In this document: positions 12,664-26,900 of the stretch, in pieces
Position numbering within the stretch: the first letter of the stretch is position 1
Layout of the letters: every line of letters begins with the position of its first letter
DNA from: Eledone cirrhosa
Taxonomy: Eukaryota
Assembly (NCBI GenBank): GCA_964016885.1
Contig: OZ024740.1
Coordinates: forward strand, 4,402,001-4,466,000
Direction of reading: 5' to 3'
Length of the DNA stretch: 64,000 bases
Translations under genes and position numbers: made by a program
The notes under the pieces: generated by a model
What the model was told of the DNA's origin: nothing
Database searches by the model: none
Seen by the model: the letters and a program-made list of their open reading frames with translations, nothing else

Positions 12664-14163
12664 CAATGTCAGACTTGAACCCGTCACCACCTCTAGCAAC
12701 AATCATCAGGGGCACACCTTACACCTCATCTCCACACCCATTAATCCACTTTAACGCAAATAGTGACATCCTCCTAGTACCTTTTACCCTAGAGATATCC
12801 CCATGTACTTCTACTTTTGGTATATTGGCCTTCAATTACTTAGACTACATTACACCAATATATAATTAATGTAAACTTTAAGCACGGAATTGGTTGTGCT
12901 AACATTGTCCTGTGTATGTAGTGCCATCATTGGATAAATGGAAGATTAAGTAATTAATTTATTAACATAAAAGAGCTATATAATCTATATGCTGAGTGCA
13001 ATGAATTATGTACAGGTGATGTATGAGTTATAAATACATGTATGACTTGATGGTCATATTAGTGTCTTTGTAAGTGAGAATTGATCTCTGGACTACCCTA
13101 GTGATATTTAACTTTGCCATGCAATCAGACATGCAATGACCCAGAGCTTACCAGGAGTTATATATAGAAGTGATTCTAATAAGATCCTGCCAGGTTCTGT
13201 GGGTGGACTACACTTACAAAGATCATTGATTTGGCGATCTGACTCTTCATGTGGAATATTCGGTGGTGGCACTCTATGATAGAAGGTAATCATCCTAATA
13301 TGAACACGTTAGTACTTCTTGATAGACTACACTGTAATCTATAGATAAGATACTTAAATTTAGAAATTGTTTATAACCTTATATGATAGGAACACATTTG
13401 AGACACCATTAATGTACGTTAGGATAATAAATTTAGCTATAGAAATCAGCTAGTTACCTCCCATTACGCATTAACTCCCCTTAATCACACACACACTTCC
13501 GGAATATAATACGATGTCAACTTTCACAACAAAAACAACCTGTTCTATAGAATCGAACTAAAGAACGAGAAGCTGTGATGTTCTAGCATGGTTCACCAGG
13601 CACCCAATGTTGAATCATCGTGGATTGTGTGATAGACATGTAGTCTATAAATTGCGTTTCCTGGATTGTGAGAGTGGTGGTGTGTACGAGGACAGTGGTG
13701 CTGTTTTACTTCTCATTTGTAATATTTTTGATATTTTTGGTGTTTCTCTACACACGGGCTTCTATATCGTACAGGTGTGTGTGAATAATGCTTTACCAGT
13801 ACAGCCCCCATGATGCTCTTGATTGCCTGCTTTGACTGCTTGTTTTACATGTAACAATCTGCCGCACTATAATCTTGTATAAATAGGACACGCGTGCATG
13901 CCACACGTGTGACTGTTGCATACACTGGCTACTCCAAACTTTCGTCTTGCTTTATCTGAGTAAACTGCCAATGTTTTATTTTAATTTTAATTTTAATTTT
14001 AACTTTAATTTTGTCCTTTAATGTGACTGTAATCTTTGTATTTAAATTACCATGCTATATTATTATAATGGATGTCAACCCACTGTGGGTCAATATATAC
14101 ATATGTTTCTATATGTCTCTTGTGCTGAAAAGGAGGTCAAGTATGTTAAAAATCACTGAATAA

Positions 14164-14212
14164 TTGATCCGAAGACTCCAAACCTCGGTTTGGAAGAAAC
14201 AATTGTAAGCAA
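14164..14212 (+). ncRNA. Hammerhead copy in the 3' pLTR (stem I mismatch TTGAT)
   Basis: Same motif as 9930-9978. Confidence 0.6.
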
Positions 14213-14518
14213 ATAAATGATTTAAACAGAACTTTGATTCATGTAATCTCTATAGAACTGCTCTGTAAAACAACTGATGTTGTTACATTGAGCTATTTAT
14301 CTTACTGGTAATAAGATAGTAATAAATTACTGTCTGTCACTATTTAGGGTATAAAATATATATAACTATAAAAGGTTTTAGTATATACATAACTATAAAT
14401 CCTTAATACTATATGTATATATATGTATGTATAAAGAACATCAAAAATGAAAAAAAATACATAAAAACAAGACAATGATGGATTATTAGTCTAATGCTTG
14501 ATTTATCATTATTATTAT

Positions 14519-14670
14519 AATCGGTAGAGCGTCAGACAAGATGTTTTGTGGCATATAGTTATGACTGAGTTCAAATCCCTCTGAGGTTAGATATCAGTAA
14601 CACACTGGCATTAATTTAATCAACTTTTCCCTTCCCCCAAATTGTTAGCCTCTAAATTGAAAACCATCGT
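14519..14670 (+). mobile_element. Degenerate SINE family 1 copy
   Basis: ATCGGTAGAGCGTCAGAC..GAGTTCAAATCCC (B-box-like)..CAGTAACACACTGG. Confidence 0.5.
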
Positions 14671-14914
14671 TATTAAGTTCTTTTCCCTAAATGATGCCCC
14701 CATCCAAAGGACGCCCGGAGCCAACGCCCCCCTGCACGCTACAGTCTGTCTCTATCATGGGTGAGAACACTATAGTGGCTGGATCATTAAACCATTTCTA
14801 TAAATTATTAGGTCCATAGGTAAAAATACATTACAATATAATGTTGTTGATAAACACAAATATAAACATATAACAAAAACAATTAACTATTGTAATGTTA
14901 TTTATGTATATATA

Positions 14915-15015
14915 CAGGATGGCCCCAATAAATGTATACACACTTTGATTACCTGTACAGGCAATATTTATTAGAATGCTGTTGATGTGTGTATATATTT
15001 TTTGGGGACACCCTG
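14915..15015. mobile_element. Tc1/mariner-type MITE, ~100 bp
   Basis: TA|CAGGATGGCCCCAATAAATGTATACACAC ... GTGTGTATATATTTTTTGGGGACACCCTG|TA: ~29 bp imperfect TIRs with TA TSD. Confidence 0.75.
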
Positions 15016-15194
15016 TATATTATTTAATAAAAAAAAGAAAGAAAGAAATTATGAACTGATAACTCTAAAAAAGATGTCAAATTCTAAATTGAAGCCAAAG
15101 TGAAAGTAATGGTTTAATATTTTAGGTGTAATGTCTACTTTTAAATTATATTATACAAAGCATATAAATAAATTTACAGTAGAATAATATAATA

Positions 15195-16380
15195 TCATCA
15201 TCATCATCATCATCAACGTTTAACGTCCGTGTTCCACGCTTGCATGGGTTTGGACGGGGGTATTCCCACTTGAGGCAAGAGTGATTGTCTTGCTCGCATA
15301 GGACTGTCTGGCAGGTTTTCTACAGTTGGATGCCCTTCCTAACACCAACCACATTTACAGTGTGGGACTGGGAGGTTTTTACCGTGTTGCCTACACGGCC
15401 ACATTACAGCGTGGACTGTGTGTTTTTTTGTCGTGACACCTACACGATCTCATTTGTTTCGGCCTGGATGTTGTGGCACCAACATAACTTTACATAGGAG
15501 GGGGTTGTGTGGATGGGTTGTGGGTGGTGGGACGGGGGTGTATTTTGTTAGAGATGCCTACTGGCTGTAGTAGGTTTTACTATATATTTAGGTAAGGCGG
15601 GTCTTCTCTATTACTGAGTACCGCCAAAGGTCTCGGTCCAGTGAAATTGTCTTGGAGAGGTGTAAGTGTGTGAGGTCGGAGTTTATCAGCTCGTCCCAGG
15701 ATTTTCTAGGTCTGCCTGTTCCGTGGCTACCGTCTATCTTTATTGCCCTGCACTTTGTTATACAGCTATCGACTTTCATGCGCATCACGTGTCCGTACCA
15801 ACGTAGCCTTCTCTCGAGTAAACAACATCTGATCCCTCTTATTTCTAATTTTTTCCTTAGTTCGTTTATGCTTTGCCGTTGACATATATTACTATTACAC
15901 ATCCAATGGAGCATGCAAGCTTCGTTCCTCTCTAGTCTGCGTATATCCTCTGTGCACAATGCCCAGGTCTCACTGCCATGCAACATTGCTGTTCGTATGC
16001 AAGCATCATACAACCTGCCTTTCATTTTTAGGGAGAACCCTTTAGCGGCTAATAGTGGTATAGGCTCTCTGAACTTTTTCCATCCAGTTCTGACTCTAGC
16101 TACTGTACTTTCGGAGCACCCTCCCCCACTGCTGATTTTGTCACCCAGGTAACGGAAGCTGTCCACTATTTCTATAGCGCCCTCTGCGCAATTGAAAGAG
16201 TTAGTATTTTGTGGGCACTCGCTGCTACTTATTGCACCAGAGCACCGCCCACATGTAAAATCTAAGTTCTTAGTTAGCTTACCTGTGATCCCACTGCATC
16301 TTTTATGCACCCATACTTTGCATTTGGGACATAAAATGGAGTTTCTACCTACGCCTTTCCTACACACTGAGTATGGCCAT
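15195..16380 (-). mobile_element. 5'-truncated RTE-clade LINE (ORF remnant 15588-16367) with (GAT)n tail
   Basis: FRYLG..ARVRTGWKKFRE..KGRLYDACIRTAMLHGSETW..RRLRWYGHVMR..GRPRKSW: RTE C-terminus. Confidence 0.92.
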
Positions 16381-16709
16381 AAATATATACATAAATAACA
16401 TTACAAATGCTTAGATAACATTATAAATTGCTCGCGATACTTTCAGAAGGATATTCTTTTAATGCTGCAAAGGTATATGCCAACTAAACTCTGGTCATAT
16501 ATTTTGGTACGTGGTTTTTGTGAGGTTCCTAGGACTAGTTAATTGTAGTTGTTTATATTTGTGTTTATCAACATTATATTTGTTGGTCAATCAATGATAA
16601 ACATTGATAGCCAGCTAAAATATTTATAGAAATATAAAGATATACTGAAGCGAAAACCAAACAGTGAGTGTGTTTTACTATATTTTTCTGGCAATATTAG
16701 AACAACGTG

Positions 16710-16900
16710 GGCGGTGGATTGGCAATATCGGTAGAGGGTCGGATGCCATGCTTTGAAATAAAGAGTTACGGCCCTTTACGGTCTAAGTACGAATCACGCT
16801 GAGGTTCACTTTGCCTTTCATCCTTACGGGGTAGATAAAATAAAGTACCAGTAATACACTGGGGAAATTGATGGCCATGTGCCAAAAGTAGAAACAATTA
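16710..16900 (+). mobile_element. tRNA-derived SINE family 1
   Basis: A-box-like TGGCAATATCGG, degenerate B-box, then GAGGTTCACTTTGCCTTTCATCCTTACGGGGTAGATAAAATAAAGTACCAG central domain (Meta-SINE-like, inference). Confidence 0.75.
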
Positions 16901-17981
16901 TTTAATAAAAACTATTATTACCAATTGCAAAAAAAAGAAAAAAAGCAACTACGAAATAAAATAATAAAAATAAATAGGTATGGTAACAGACCTGTCTCAG
17001 ACAAGTTGGTAACAAAGCAAACAACATCTGTTCCAGAGCAACGGACATTTCTATAGAGTTGACAGCCATAGACATATCTCAAAGATTCCTCTTGATTCTT
17101 ATCCTGTGTGACTAATTAACAAGCTTCTGAATTGATGGCCTTTGTTATAGGTTTCATCATATGTTAGTGTACATTGTGTTTATAATATCTTATTAATGAA
17201 TTCTTGTTATTATAAATGCAAACGAAATAAAATTGACTGAGAAGAACGACAGATGAATAAAAGGACATCTACGTGGTTTACTCCACGTCGTACAAATTGG
17301 TAAAACGGCCGCTGAATGAGAAGAAGTGAAGAGAATTCAAATGTCAGTGTATGTGTGTATGTGTGTGTATGTATATATATATATAGTGAAATATATATAT
17401 ATATATAGTGAAATATATATATATATATATATATATAGTGAAATATATATATATATATATATAGTGAAATATATTTATAGTTGGATATATATATATATAT
17501 ATGCTAAACCTATAAACACTAGTTCCTTTGAAAGGAATGAAGGCTGTGATATCACAGTTCTTCATAATAAATGAATAACAAACAGCAAAGTTAAATAAAA
17601 AATTAAATAGATAAAAATTAAAACGAAAAAAAATCGAAAAAATAAAAGATAGTATGAGTTGGCCAACTTTAAAAACAATAAGTTTCCTTATTTCATGTCC
17701 GCTCCTAGTGTCTATATAAAATTTAAAGTATATATATAATAAAAACATGTTTAAATTACATCTATTACGTAATATAATATATAAAAGACAAGGTTGTATT
17801 AATTGTTTGCATTCTAGCAACTCAGCCTTAGACATCAGATATTTCATCTGATATCTACAAGTATAGAATAACTGATACCTTATCCTTTCTTCCTCTTATC
17901 TCTTTACATAACTAAGTTGTCTTTTCATACTTTAATAGGGTTTTGATGGAATTTAGACAAGGGTGAGCCTTAATAAAGTTA

Positions 17982-20900
17982 ACCTATCACTAATGATGTT
18001 CTATCTTATCAAGGGGTGGTACTATAGCCAGGTCAGACCTATCACTTATGATGTTCTATCTTATCAAGGGGTGGTACTATAGCCAGGTCAGACCTATCAC
18101 TTATGATGTTCTATCTTACCAAGGGGTGGTACTATAGCCAGGTCAGACCTATCACTTATGATGTTCTATCTTACCAAGGGGTGGTACTATAGCCAGGTCA
18201 GACCTATCACTTATGATGTTCTATCTTACCAAGGGGTGGTACTATAGCCGGGTCTGACCTATCACTAATGATGTTCTATCTTACCAAGGGGTGGTACTAT
18301 AGCCAGGTCTTACCTATCACTTATGATGTTCTATCTTATCAAGGGATGGTACTATAGCCAGGTAAGACCTATCACTAATGATGTTCTATCTTACCAAAGT
18401 GTGGTACTATAGCCAGGTCAGACCTATCACTAATGATGTTCTATCTTTCCAAGGGGTGGTACTATAGCCAGGTCTGACCTATCACTAATGATGTTCTATC
18501 TTTCCAAGGGGTGGTACTATAGCCAGGTGTGACCTATCACTAATGATGTTCTATCTTACCAAAGGGTGGTACTATAGCCAGGTCTGACCTATCACTAATG
18601 ATGTTCTATCTTTCCAAGGTGTGGTACTATAGCCAGCTAAGTCCTATCACTAATGATGTTCTATCTTACCAAGGGGTGGTACTATAGCCAGGTCATACCT
18701 ATCACTAATGATGTTCTGTCTTACAAAGGGGTGGTACTATAGCCAGCTAAGTCCTATCACTAATGATGTTCTATCTTATCAAGGGGTGGTACTATAGTCA
18801 GGTAAGACCTATCACTAATTATGTTCTATCTTACCAAGGGGTGGTACTATAGTCAGGTCTGACATATCACTAATGATGTTCTATCTTACCAAGGGGTGGT
18901 ACTATAGCCAGGTAAGAACTATCACTAATGATGTTCTATCTTACCAAGGGGTGGTACTATAGCCAGGTCAGAGCTATCACTAATGATGTTCTATCTTACC
19001 AAGGGGTGGTACTATAGCCAGGTAAGACCTATCACTAATGATGTTCTATCTTAACAAGGGGTGGTAGTATAGTCAGGTCTGACATATCACTAATGATGTT
19101 CTATCTTACCAAGTGGTGGTACTATAGCCAGGTCAGACCTATCACTAATGACGTTCTATCTTACCAAGGGGTGGTACTATAGCCAGGTCAGACCTATCAC
19201 TAATGATGTTATATCTTACCAAGGGGTGGTACTATAGCCAGGTCTGACCTATCACTAATGATGTTCTATCTTACCAAGGGGTGGTACTATAGCCAGGTCT
19301 TACCTATCACTAATGATGTTCTATCTTACCAAGGGGTGGTACTATAGCCAGGTTTTACCTATCACTAATGATGTTCTATCTTACCAAGGGGTGGCACTAT
19401 AGCCAGGTAAGACCTATCACTAATGATGTCTATCTTATCAAGGGGTGGTACTATAGCCAGGTCTTACCTATCACTAATGATGTTCTAACTTACCAAGGGG
19501 TGGTACTATAGCCAGGTCTTACCTATCACTAATGATGTTCTATCTTACCAAGGGGTGGTACTATAGCCAGGTGTGACCTATCACTAATGATGTTCTATCT
19601 TACCAAAGGGTGGTACTATAGCCAGATCAGACCTATCACTAATGATGTTCTATCTTTCCAAGGGGTGGTACTATAGCCAGGTCTGACCTATCACTAATGA
19701 TGTTCTATCTTTCCAAGGGGTGGTACTATAGCCAGGTCTGACCTATCACTAATGATGTTCTATCTTTCCAAGGGGTGGTACTATAGCCAGGTGTGACCTA
19801 TCACTAATGATGTTCTATCTTACCAAAGGGTGGTACTATAGCCAGGTCTGACCTATCACTAATGATATTCTATCTTTCCAAGGTGTGGTACTATAGCCAG
19901 GTAAGACCTATCACTAATGATGTTCTATGTTACCAAGGGGTGGTACTATAGCCAGGTCTTACCTATCACTAATGATGTTCTATCTTACCAAGGGGTGGTA
20001 CTATAGCCAGGTCTTACCTATCACTTATGATGTTCTATCTTATCAAGGGATGGTACTATAGCCAGGTAAGACCTATCACTAATGATGTTCTATCTTACCA
20101 AAGGGTGGTACTATAGCCAGATCAGACCTATCACTAATGATGTTCTATCTTTCCAAGGGGTGGTACTATAGCCAGGTCTGACCTATCACTAATGATGTTC
20201 TATCTTTCCAAGGGGTGGTACTATAGCCAGGTGTGACCTATCACTAATGATGTTCTATCTTACCAAAGGGTGGTACTATAGCCAGGTCTGACCTATCACT
20301 AATGATGTTCTATGTTACCAAGGGGTGGTACTATAGCCAGGTCATACCTATCACTAATGATGTTCTGTCTTACCAAGGGGTGGTACTATAGCCAGCTAAG
20401 TCCTATCACTAATGATGTTCTATCTTACCAAGGGGTGGTACTATAGCCAGGTCATACCTATCACTAATGATGTTCTGTCTTACAAAGGGGTGGTACTATA
20501 GCCAGCTAAGTCCTATCACTAATGATGTTCTATCTTACCAAGGGGTGGTACTATAGCCAGGTCATACCTATCACTAATGATGTTCTGTCTTACAAAGGGG
20601 TGGTACTATAGCCAGCTAAGTCCTATCACTAATGATGTTCTATCTTATCAAGGGGTGGTACTATAGTCAGGTAAGACCTATCACTAATGATGTTCTATCT
20701 TACCAAGGGGTGGTACTATAGTCAGGTCTGACATATCACTAATGATGTTCTATCTTACCAAGGGGTGGTACTATAGCCAGGTAAGACCTATCACTAATGA
20801 TGTTCTATCTTACCAAGGGGTGGTACTATAGCCAGGTCAGAGCTATCACTAATGATGTTCTATCTTACCAAGGGGTGGTACTATAGCCAGGTAAGACCTA

Positions 20901-23900
20901 TCACTAATGATGTTCTATCTTAACAAGGGGTGGTAGTATAGTCAGGTCTGACATATCACTAATGATGTTCTATCTTACCAAGTGGTGGTACTATAGCCAG
21001 GTCAGACCTATCACTAATGACGTTCTATCTTACCAAGGGGTGGTACTATAGCCAGGTCAGACCTATCACTAATGATGTTATATCTTACCAAGGGGTGGTA
21101 CTATAGCCAGGTCTGACCTATCACTAATGATGTTCTATCTTACCAAGGGGTGGTACTATAGCCAGGTCTTACCTATCACTAATGATGTTCTATCTTACCA
21201 AGGGGTGGTACTATAGCCAGGTTTTACCTATCACTAATGATGTTCTATCTTACCAAGGGGTGGCACTATAGCCAGGTAAGACCTATCACTAATGATGTCT
21301 ATCTTATCAAGGGGTGGTACTATAGCCAGGTCTTACCTATCACTAATGATGTTCTAACTTACCAAGGGGTGGTACTATAGCCAGGTCTTACCTATCACTA
21401 ATGATGTTCTATCTTACCAAGGGGTGGTACTATAGCCAGGTGTGACCTATCACTAATGATGTTCTATCTTACCAAAGGGTGGTACTATAGCCAGATCAGA
21501 CCTATCACTAATGATGTTCTATCTTTCCAAGGGGTGGTACTATAGCCAGGTCTGACCTATCACTAATGATGTTCTATCTTTCCAAGGGGTGGTACTATAG
21601 CCAGGTCTGACCTATCACTAATGATGTTCTATCTTTCCAAGGGGTGGTACTATAGCCAGGTGTGACCTATCACTAATGATGTTCTATCTTACCAAAGGGT
21701 GGTACTATAGCCAGGTCTGACCTATCACTAATGATGTTCTATCTTTCCAAGGTGTGGTACTATAGCCAGGTAAGACCTATCACTAATGATGTTCTATGTT
21801 ACCAAGGGGTGGTACTATAGCCAGGTCATACCTATCACTAATGATGTTCTGTCTTACCAAGGGGTGGTACTATAGCCAGCTAAGTCCTATCACTAATGAT
21901 GTTCTATCTTACCAAGGGGTGGTACTATAGCCAGGTCATACCTATCACTAATGATGTTCTGTCTTACAAAGGGGTGGTACTATAGCCAGGTGTGACCTAT
22001 CACTAATGATGTTCTATCTTACCAAAGGGTGGTACTATAGCCAGGTCTGACCTATCACTAATGATGTTCTATCTTTCCAAGGTGTGGTACTATAGCCAGG
22101 TAAGACCTATCACTAATGATGTTCTATGTTACCAAGGGGTGGTACTATAGCCAGGTCATACCTATCACTAATGATGTTCTGTCTTACCAAGGGGTGGTAC
22201 TATAGCCAGCTAAGTCCTATCACTAATGATGTTCTATCTTATCAAGGGGTGGTACTATAGTCAGGTAAGACCTATCACTAATGATGTTCTATCTTACCAA
22301 GGGGTGGTACTATAGCCAGGTAAGACATATCACTAATGATGTTCTATCTTACCAAGGGGTGGTACTATAGCCAGGTCAGAGCTATCACTAATGATGTTCT
22401 ATCTTACCAAGGGGTGGTACTATAGCCAGGTAAGACCTATCACTAATGATGTTCTATCTTAACAAGGGGTGGTAGTATAGTCAGGTCTGACATATCACTA
22501 ATGATGTTCTATCTTACCAAGTGGTGGTACTATAGCCAGGTCAGACCTATCACTAATGACGTTCTATCTTACCAAGGGGTGGTACTATAGCCAGGTCAGA
22601 CCTATCACTAATGATGTTATATCTTACCAAGGGGTGGTACTATAGCCAGGTCTGACCTATCACTAATGATGTTCTATCTTACCAAGGGGTGGTACTATAG
22701 CCAGGTCTTACCTATCACTAATGATGTTCTATCTTACCAAGGGGTGGTACTATAGCCAGGTTTTACCTATCACTAATGATGTTCTATCTTACCAAGGGGT
22801 GGCACTATAGCCAGGTAAGACCTATCACTAATGATGTCTATCTTATCAAGGGGTGGTACTATAGCCAGGTCTTACCTATCACTAATGATGTTCTAACTTA
22901 CCAAGGGGTGGTACTATAGCCAGGTCTTACCTATCACTAATGATGTTCTATCTTACCAAGGGGTGGTACTATAGCCAGGTGTGACCTATCACTAATGATG
23001 TTCTATCTTACCAAAGGGTGGTACTATAGCCAGATCAGACCTATCACTAATGATGTTCTATCTTTCCAAGGGGTGGTACTATAGCCAGGTCTGACCTATC
23101 ACTAATGATGTTCTATCTTTCCAAGGGGTGGTACTATAGCCAGGTCTGACCTATCACTAATGATGTTCTATCTTTCCAAGGGGTGGTACTATAGCCAGGT
23201 GTGACCTATCACTAATGATGTTCTATCTTACCAAAGGGTGGTACTATAGCCAGGTCTGACCTATCACTAATGATGTTCTATCTTTCCAAGGTGTGGTACT
23301 ATAGCCAGGTAAGACCTATCACTAATGATGTTCTATGTTACCAAGGGGTGGTACTATAGCCAGGTCATACCTATCACTAATGATGTTCTGTCTTACCAAG
23401 GGGTGGTACTATAGCCAGCTAAGTCCTATCACTAATGATGTTCTATCTTACCAAGGGGTGGTACTATAGCCAGGTCATACCTATCACTAATGATGTTCTG
23501 TCTTACAAAGGGGTGGTACTATAGCCAGCTAAGTCCTATCACTAATGATGTTCTATCTTATCAAGGGGTGGTACTATAGACAGGTAATACCTATCACTAA
23601 TGATGTTCTATCTTAACAAGGGGTAGTACTATAGCCAGCTAAGTCCTATCACTAATGATGTTCTATCTTACCAAGGGGTGGTACTATAGCCAGGTCATAC
23701 CTATCACTAATGATGTTCTGTCTTACAAAGGGGTGGTACTATAGCCAGCTAAGTCCTATCACTAATGATGTTCTATCTTATCAAGGGGTGGTACTATAGA
23801 CAGGTAATACCTATCACTAATGATGTTCTATCTTAACAAGGGGTAGTACTATAGCCAGGTCTGACCTATCACTAATGATGTTCTATCTTACCAAGGGGTG

Positions 23901-26900
23901 GTACTATAGCCAGGTCATACCTATCACTAATGATGTTCTATCTTACCAACGGGTGGTACTATAGCCAGGTCTGACCTATCACTAATGATGTTCTATCTTA
24001 CCAAGGGGAGGTACTATAGCCAGATCTGACCTATCACTAATGATGTTCTATGTCACCAAGGGGTGGTACTATAGCCAGGTCATACCTATCACTAATGATG
24101 TTCTATCTTACCAAGGGGTGGTACTATAGCCAGGTAAGACCTATCACTAATGATGTTCTATCTTACCAAGGGGTGGTACAATAGCCAGGTCTGACCTATC
24201 ACTAATGATGTTCTATCTTACCAAGTGGTGGTACTGTAGCCAGGTCTGACCTATCACTAATAATGTTCTATCTTACCAATGGGTGGTACAATAGCCAGGT
24301 CTGACCTATCACTAATGATGTTCTATCTTACCAAGTGGTGGTACTGTAGCCAGGTCTGACCTATCACTAATAATGTTCTATCTTACCAATGGGTGGTACA
24401 ATAGCCAGGTCTGACCCATCACTAATGATGTTCTATCTTATCAAGTGGTGGTACTATAGCCAGGTCAGACCTATCACTAATGATGTTCTATCTTACCAAG
24501 TGGTGGTACTATAGCCAGGTCTGACCTATCACTAATAATGTTCTATCTTACCAATGGGTGGTAAAATAGCCAGGTCTGACCTATCACTAATGATGTTCTA
24601 TCTTACCAAGTGGTGGTACTATAGCCAGGTCAGACCTATCACTAATGATGTTCTATCTTACCAAGTGGTGGTACTATAGCCAGGTCTGACCTATCACTAA
24701 TAATGTTCTATCTTACCAATGGGTGGTAAAATAGCCAGGTCTGACCTATCACTAATGATGTTCTATCTTACCAAGTGGTGGTACTATAGCCAGGTCAGAC
24801 CTATCACTAATGATGTTCTATCTTAACAAGGGGTGGTACTATAGCCAGGTCTGACCTATCACTAATGATGTTCTATCTTACCAAGTGGTGGTACTATAGC
24901 CAGGTCAGACCTATCACTAATGATGTTCTATCTTACCAAGTGTGGTACTATAGCCATGTAAGACCTATCACTAATGATGTTCAATCTTATCAAGGGGTGG
25001 TACTATAGCCAGATCAGACCTATCACTAATGATGTTCTATCTTACCAAGTGGTGGTACTATAGCCAGGTCAGACCTATCACTAATGATGTTCTATCTTAT
25101 CAAGGGGTGGTACTATAGCCAGATCAGACCTATCACTAATGATGTTCAATCTTATCAAGGGGTGGTACTATAGCCAGGTCAGACCTATCACTAATGATGT
25201 TCTATCTTACCAAGTGGTGGTACTATAGCCAGATCAGACCTATCACTAATGATGTTCTATCTTACCAAGTGGTGGTACTATAGCCAGGTCAGACCTATCA
25301 CTAATGATGTTCTATCTTATCAAGGGGTGGTACTATAGCCATGTCTGACATATCACTAATGATGTTCTATCTTAACAAGAGGTGGTACTATAGCCAGGTC
25401 AGACCTATCACTAATGATGTTCTATCTTACCAAGAGGTGGTACTATAGCCAGGTCAGACCTATCACTAATGATGTTCTATCTTACCAAGTGGTGGTACTA
25501 TAGCCAGGTCTGACCTATCACTAATGATGTTCTATCTTACCAAGTGGTGGTACTATAGCCAAGTCTGACCTATAACTAATGATGTTATATCTTACCAAGG
25601 GGTGGTACTATAGCCAGGTCAGACCTGTCACTAATGATGTTCTATCTTATCAAGGGGTGGTACTATAGCCAGGTCTGACCTATCACTAATGATGTTATAT
25701 CTTACCAAGGGGTGGTACTATAGCCAGGTCTGACCTATCACTAATGATGTTATATCTTACCAAGGGGTGGTACTATAGCCAGGTCTGACCTATCACTAAT
25801 GATGTTCTATCTTATCAAGGGGTGGTACTATAGCCATGTCTGACATATCACTAATGATGTTCTATCTTACCAAGGGGTGGTACTATAGCCAGGTCAGACC
25901 TATCACTAATGATGTTCTATCTTACCAAGAGGTGGTACTATAGCCAGGTCAGACCTATCACTAATGATGTTATATCTTACCAAGGGGTGGTACTATAGCC
26001 AGGTCTGACCTATCACTAATGATGTTATATCTTACCAAAGGGTGGTACTATAGCCAGGTCAGACCTATCACTAATGATGTTCTATCTTATCAAGGGGTGG
26101 TACTATAGCCATGTCTGACATATCACTAATGATGTTCTATCTTACCAAGGGGTGGTACTATAGCCAGGTCAGACCTATCACTAATGATGTTCTATCTTAC
26201 CAAGAGGTGGTACTATAGCCAGGTCAGACCTATCACTAATGATGTTATATCTTACCAAGGGGTGGTACTATAGCCAGGTCTGACCTATCACTAATGATGT
26301 TATATCTTACCAAAGGGTGGTACTATAGCCAGGTCAGACCTATCACTAATGATGTTATATCTTACCAAGGGGTGGTACTATAGCCAGGTATTACCTATCA
26401 CTAATGATGTTGTATCTTACCAAGGGGTGGTACTATAGCCAGGTCTGACCTATCACTAATGATGTTATATCTTACCAAAGGGTGGTACTATAGCCAGGTC
26501 AGACCTATCACTAATGATGTTATATCTTACCAAGGGGTGGTACTATAGCCAGGTATTACCTATCACTAATGATGTTGTATCTTACCAAGGGGTGGTACTA
26601 TAGTCAGGTCTGACCTATCACTAATGATGTTCTATCTTACCAAGGGGTGGTACTATAGCCAGGTCAGACCTATCACTTATGATGTTCTATCTTACCAAGC
26701 GGTGGTACTATAGCCAGGTCAGACCTGTCACTAATGATGTTGTATCTTACCAAGGGGTGGTACTATAGCCAGGTCTGACCTATCACTAATGATGTTCTAT
26801 CTTATCAAGGGGTGGTACTATAGCCAGGTCTGACCTATCACTAATGATGTTCTATCTTACCAAGTGGTGGTACTATAGCCAAGTCTGACCTATCACTAAT

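Larger units (their letters stand above)
9029..14412 (+). mobile_element. Penelope-like element B, near full length: inverted pLTR (9029-9846) + partial direct pLTR (9845-10182) + ORF + 3' pLTR (13422-14412)
   Basis: 9029-9846 is the reverse complement of 13422-14254; 9845-10182 matches 14078-14412; internal RT and GIY-YIG; (TA)n flank at the left. Confidence 0.93.

Noticed and set aside
13607-13813. 68 aa ORF duplicated at 9455-9661
   Set aside because: Repeated only because it lies in the pLTR; no recognisable protein features.
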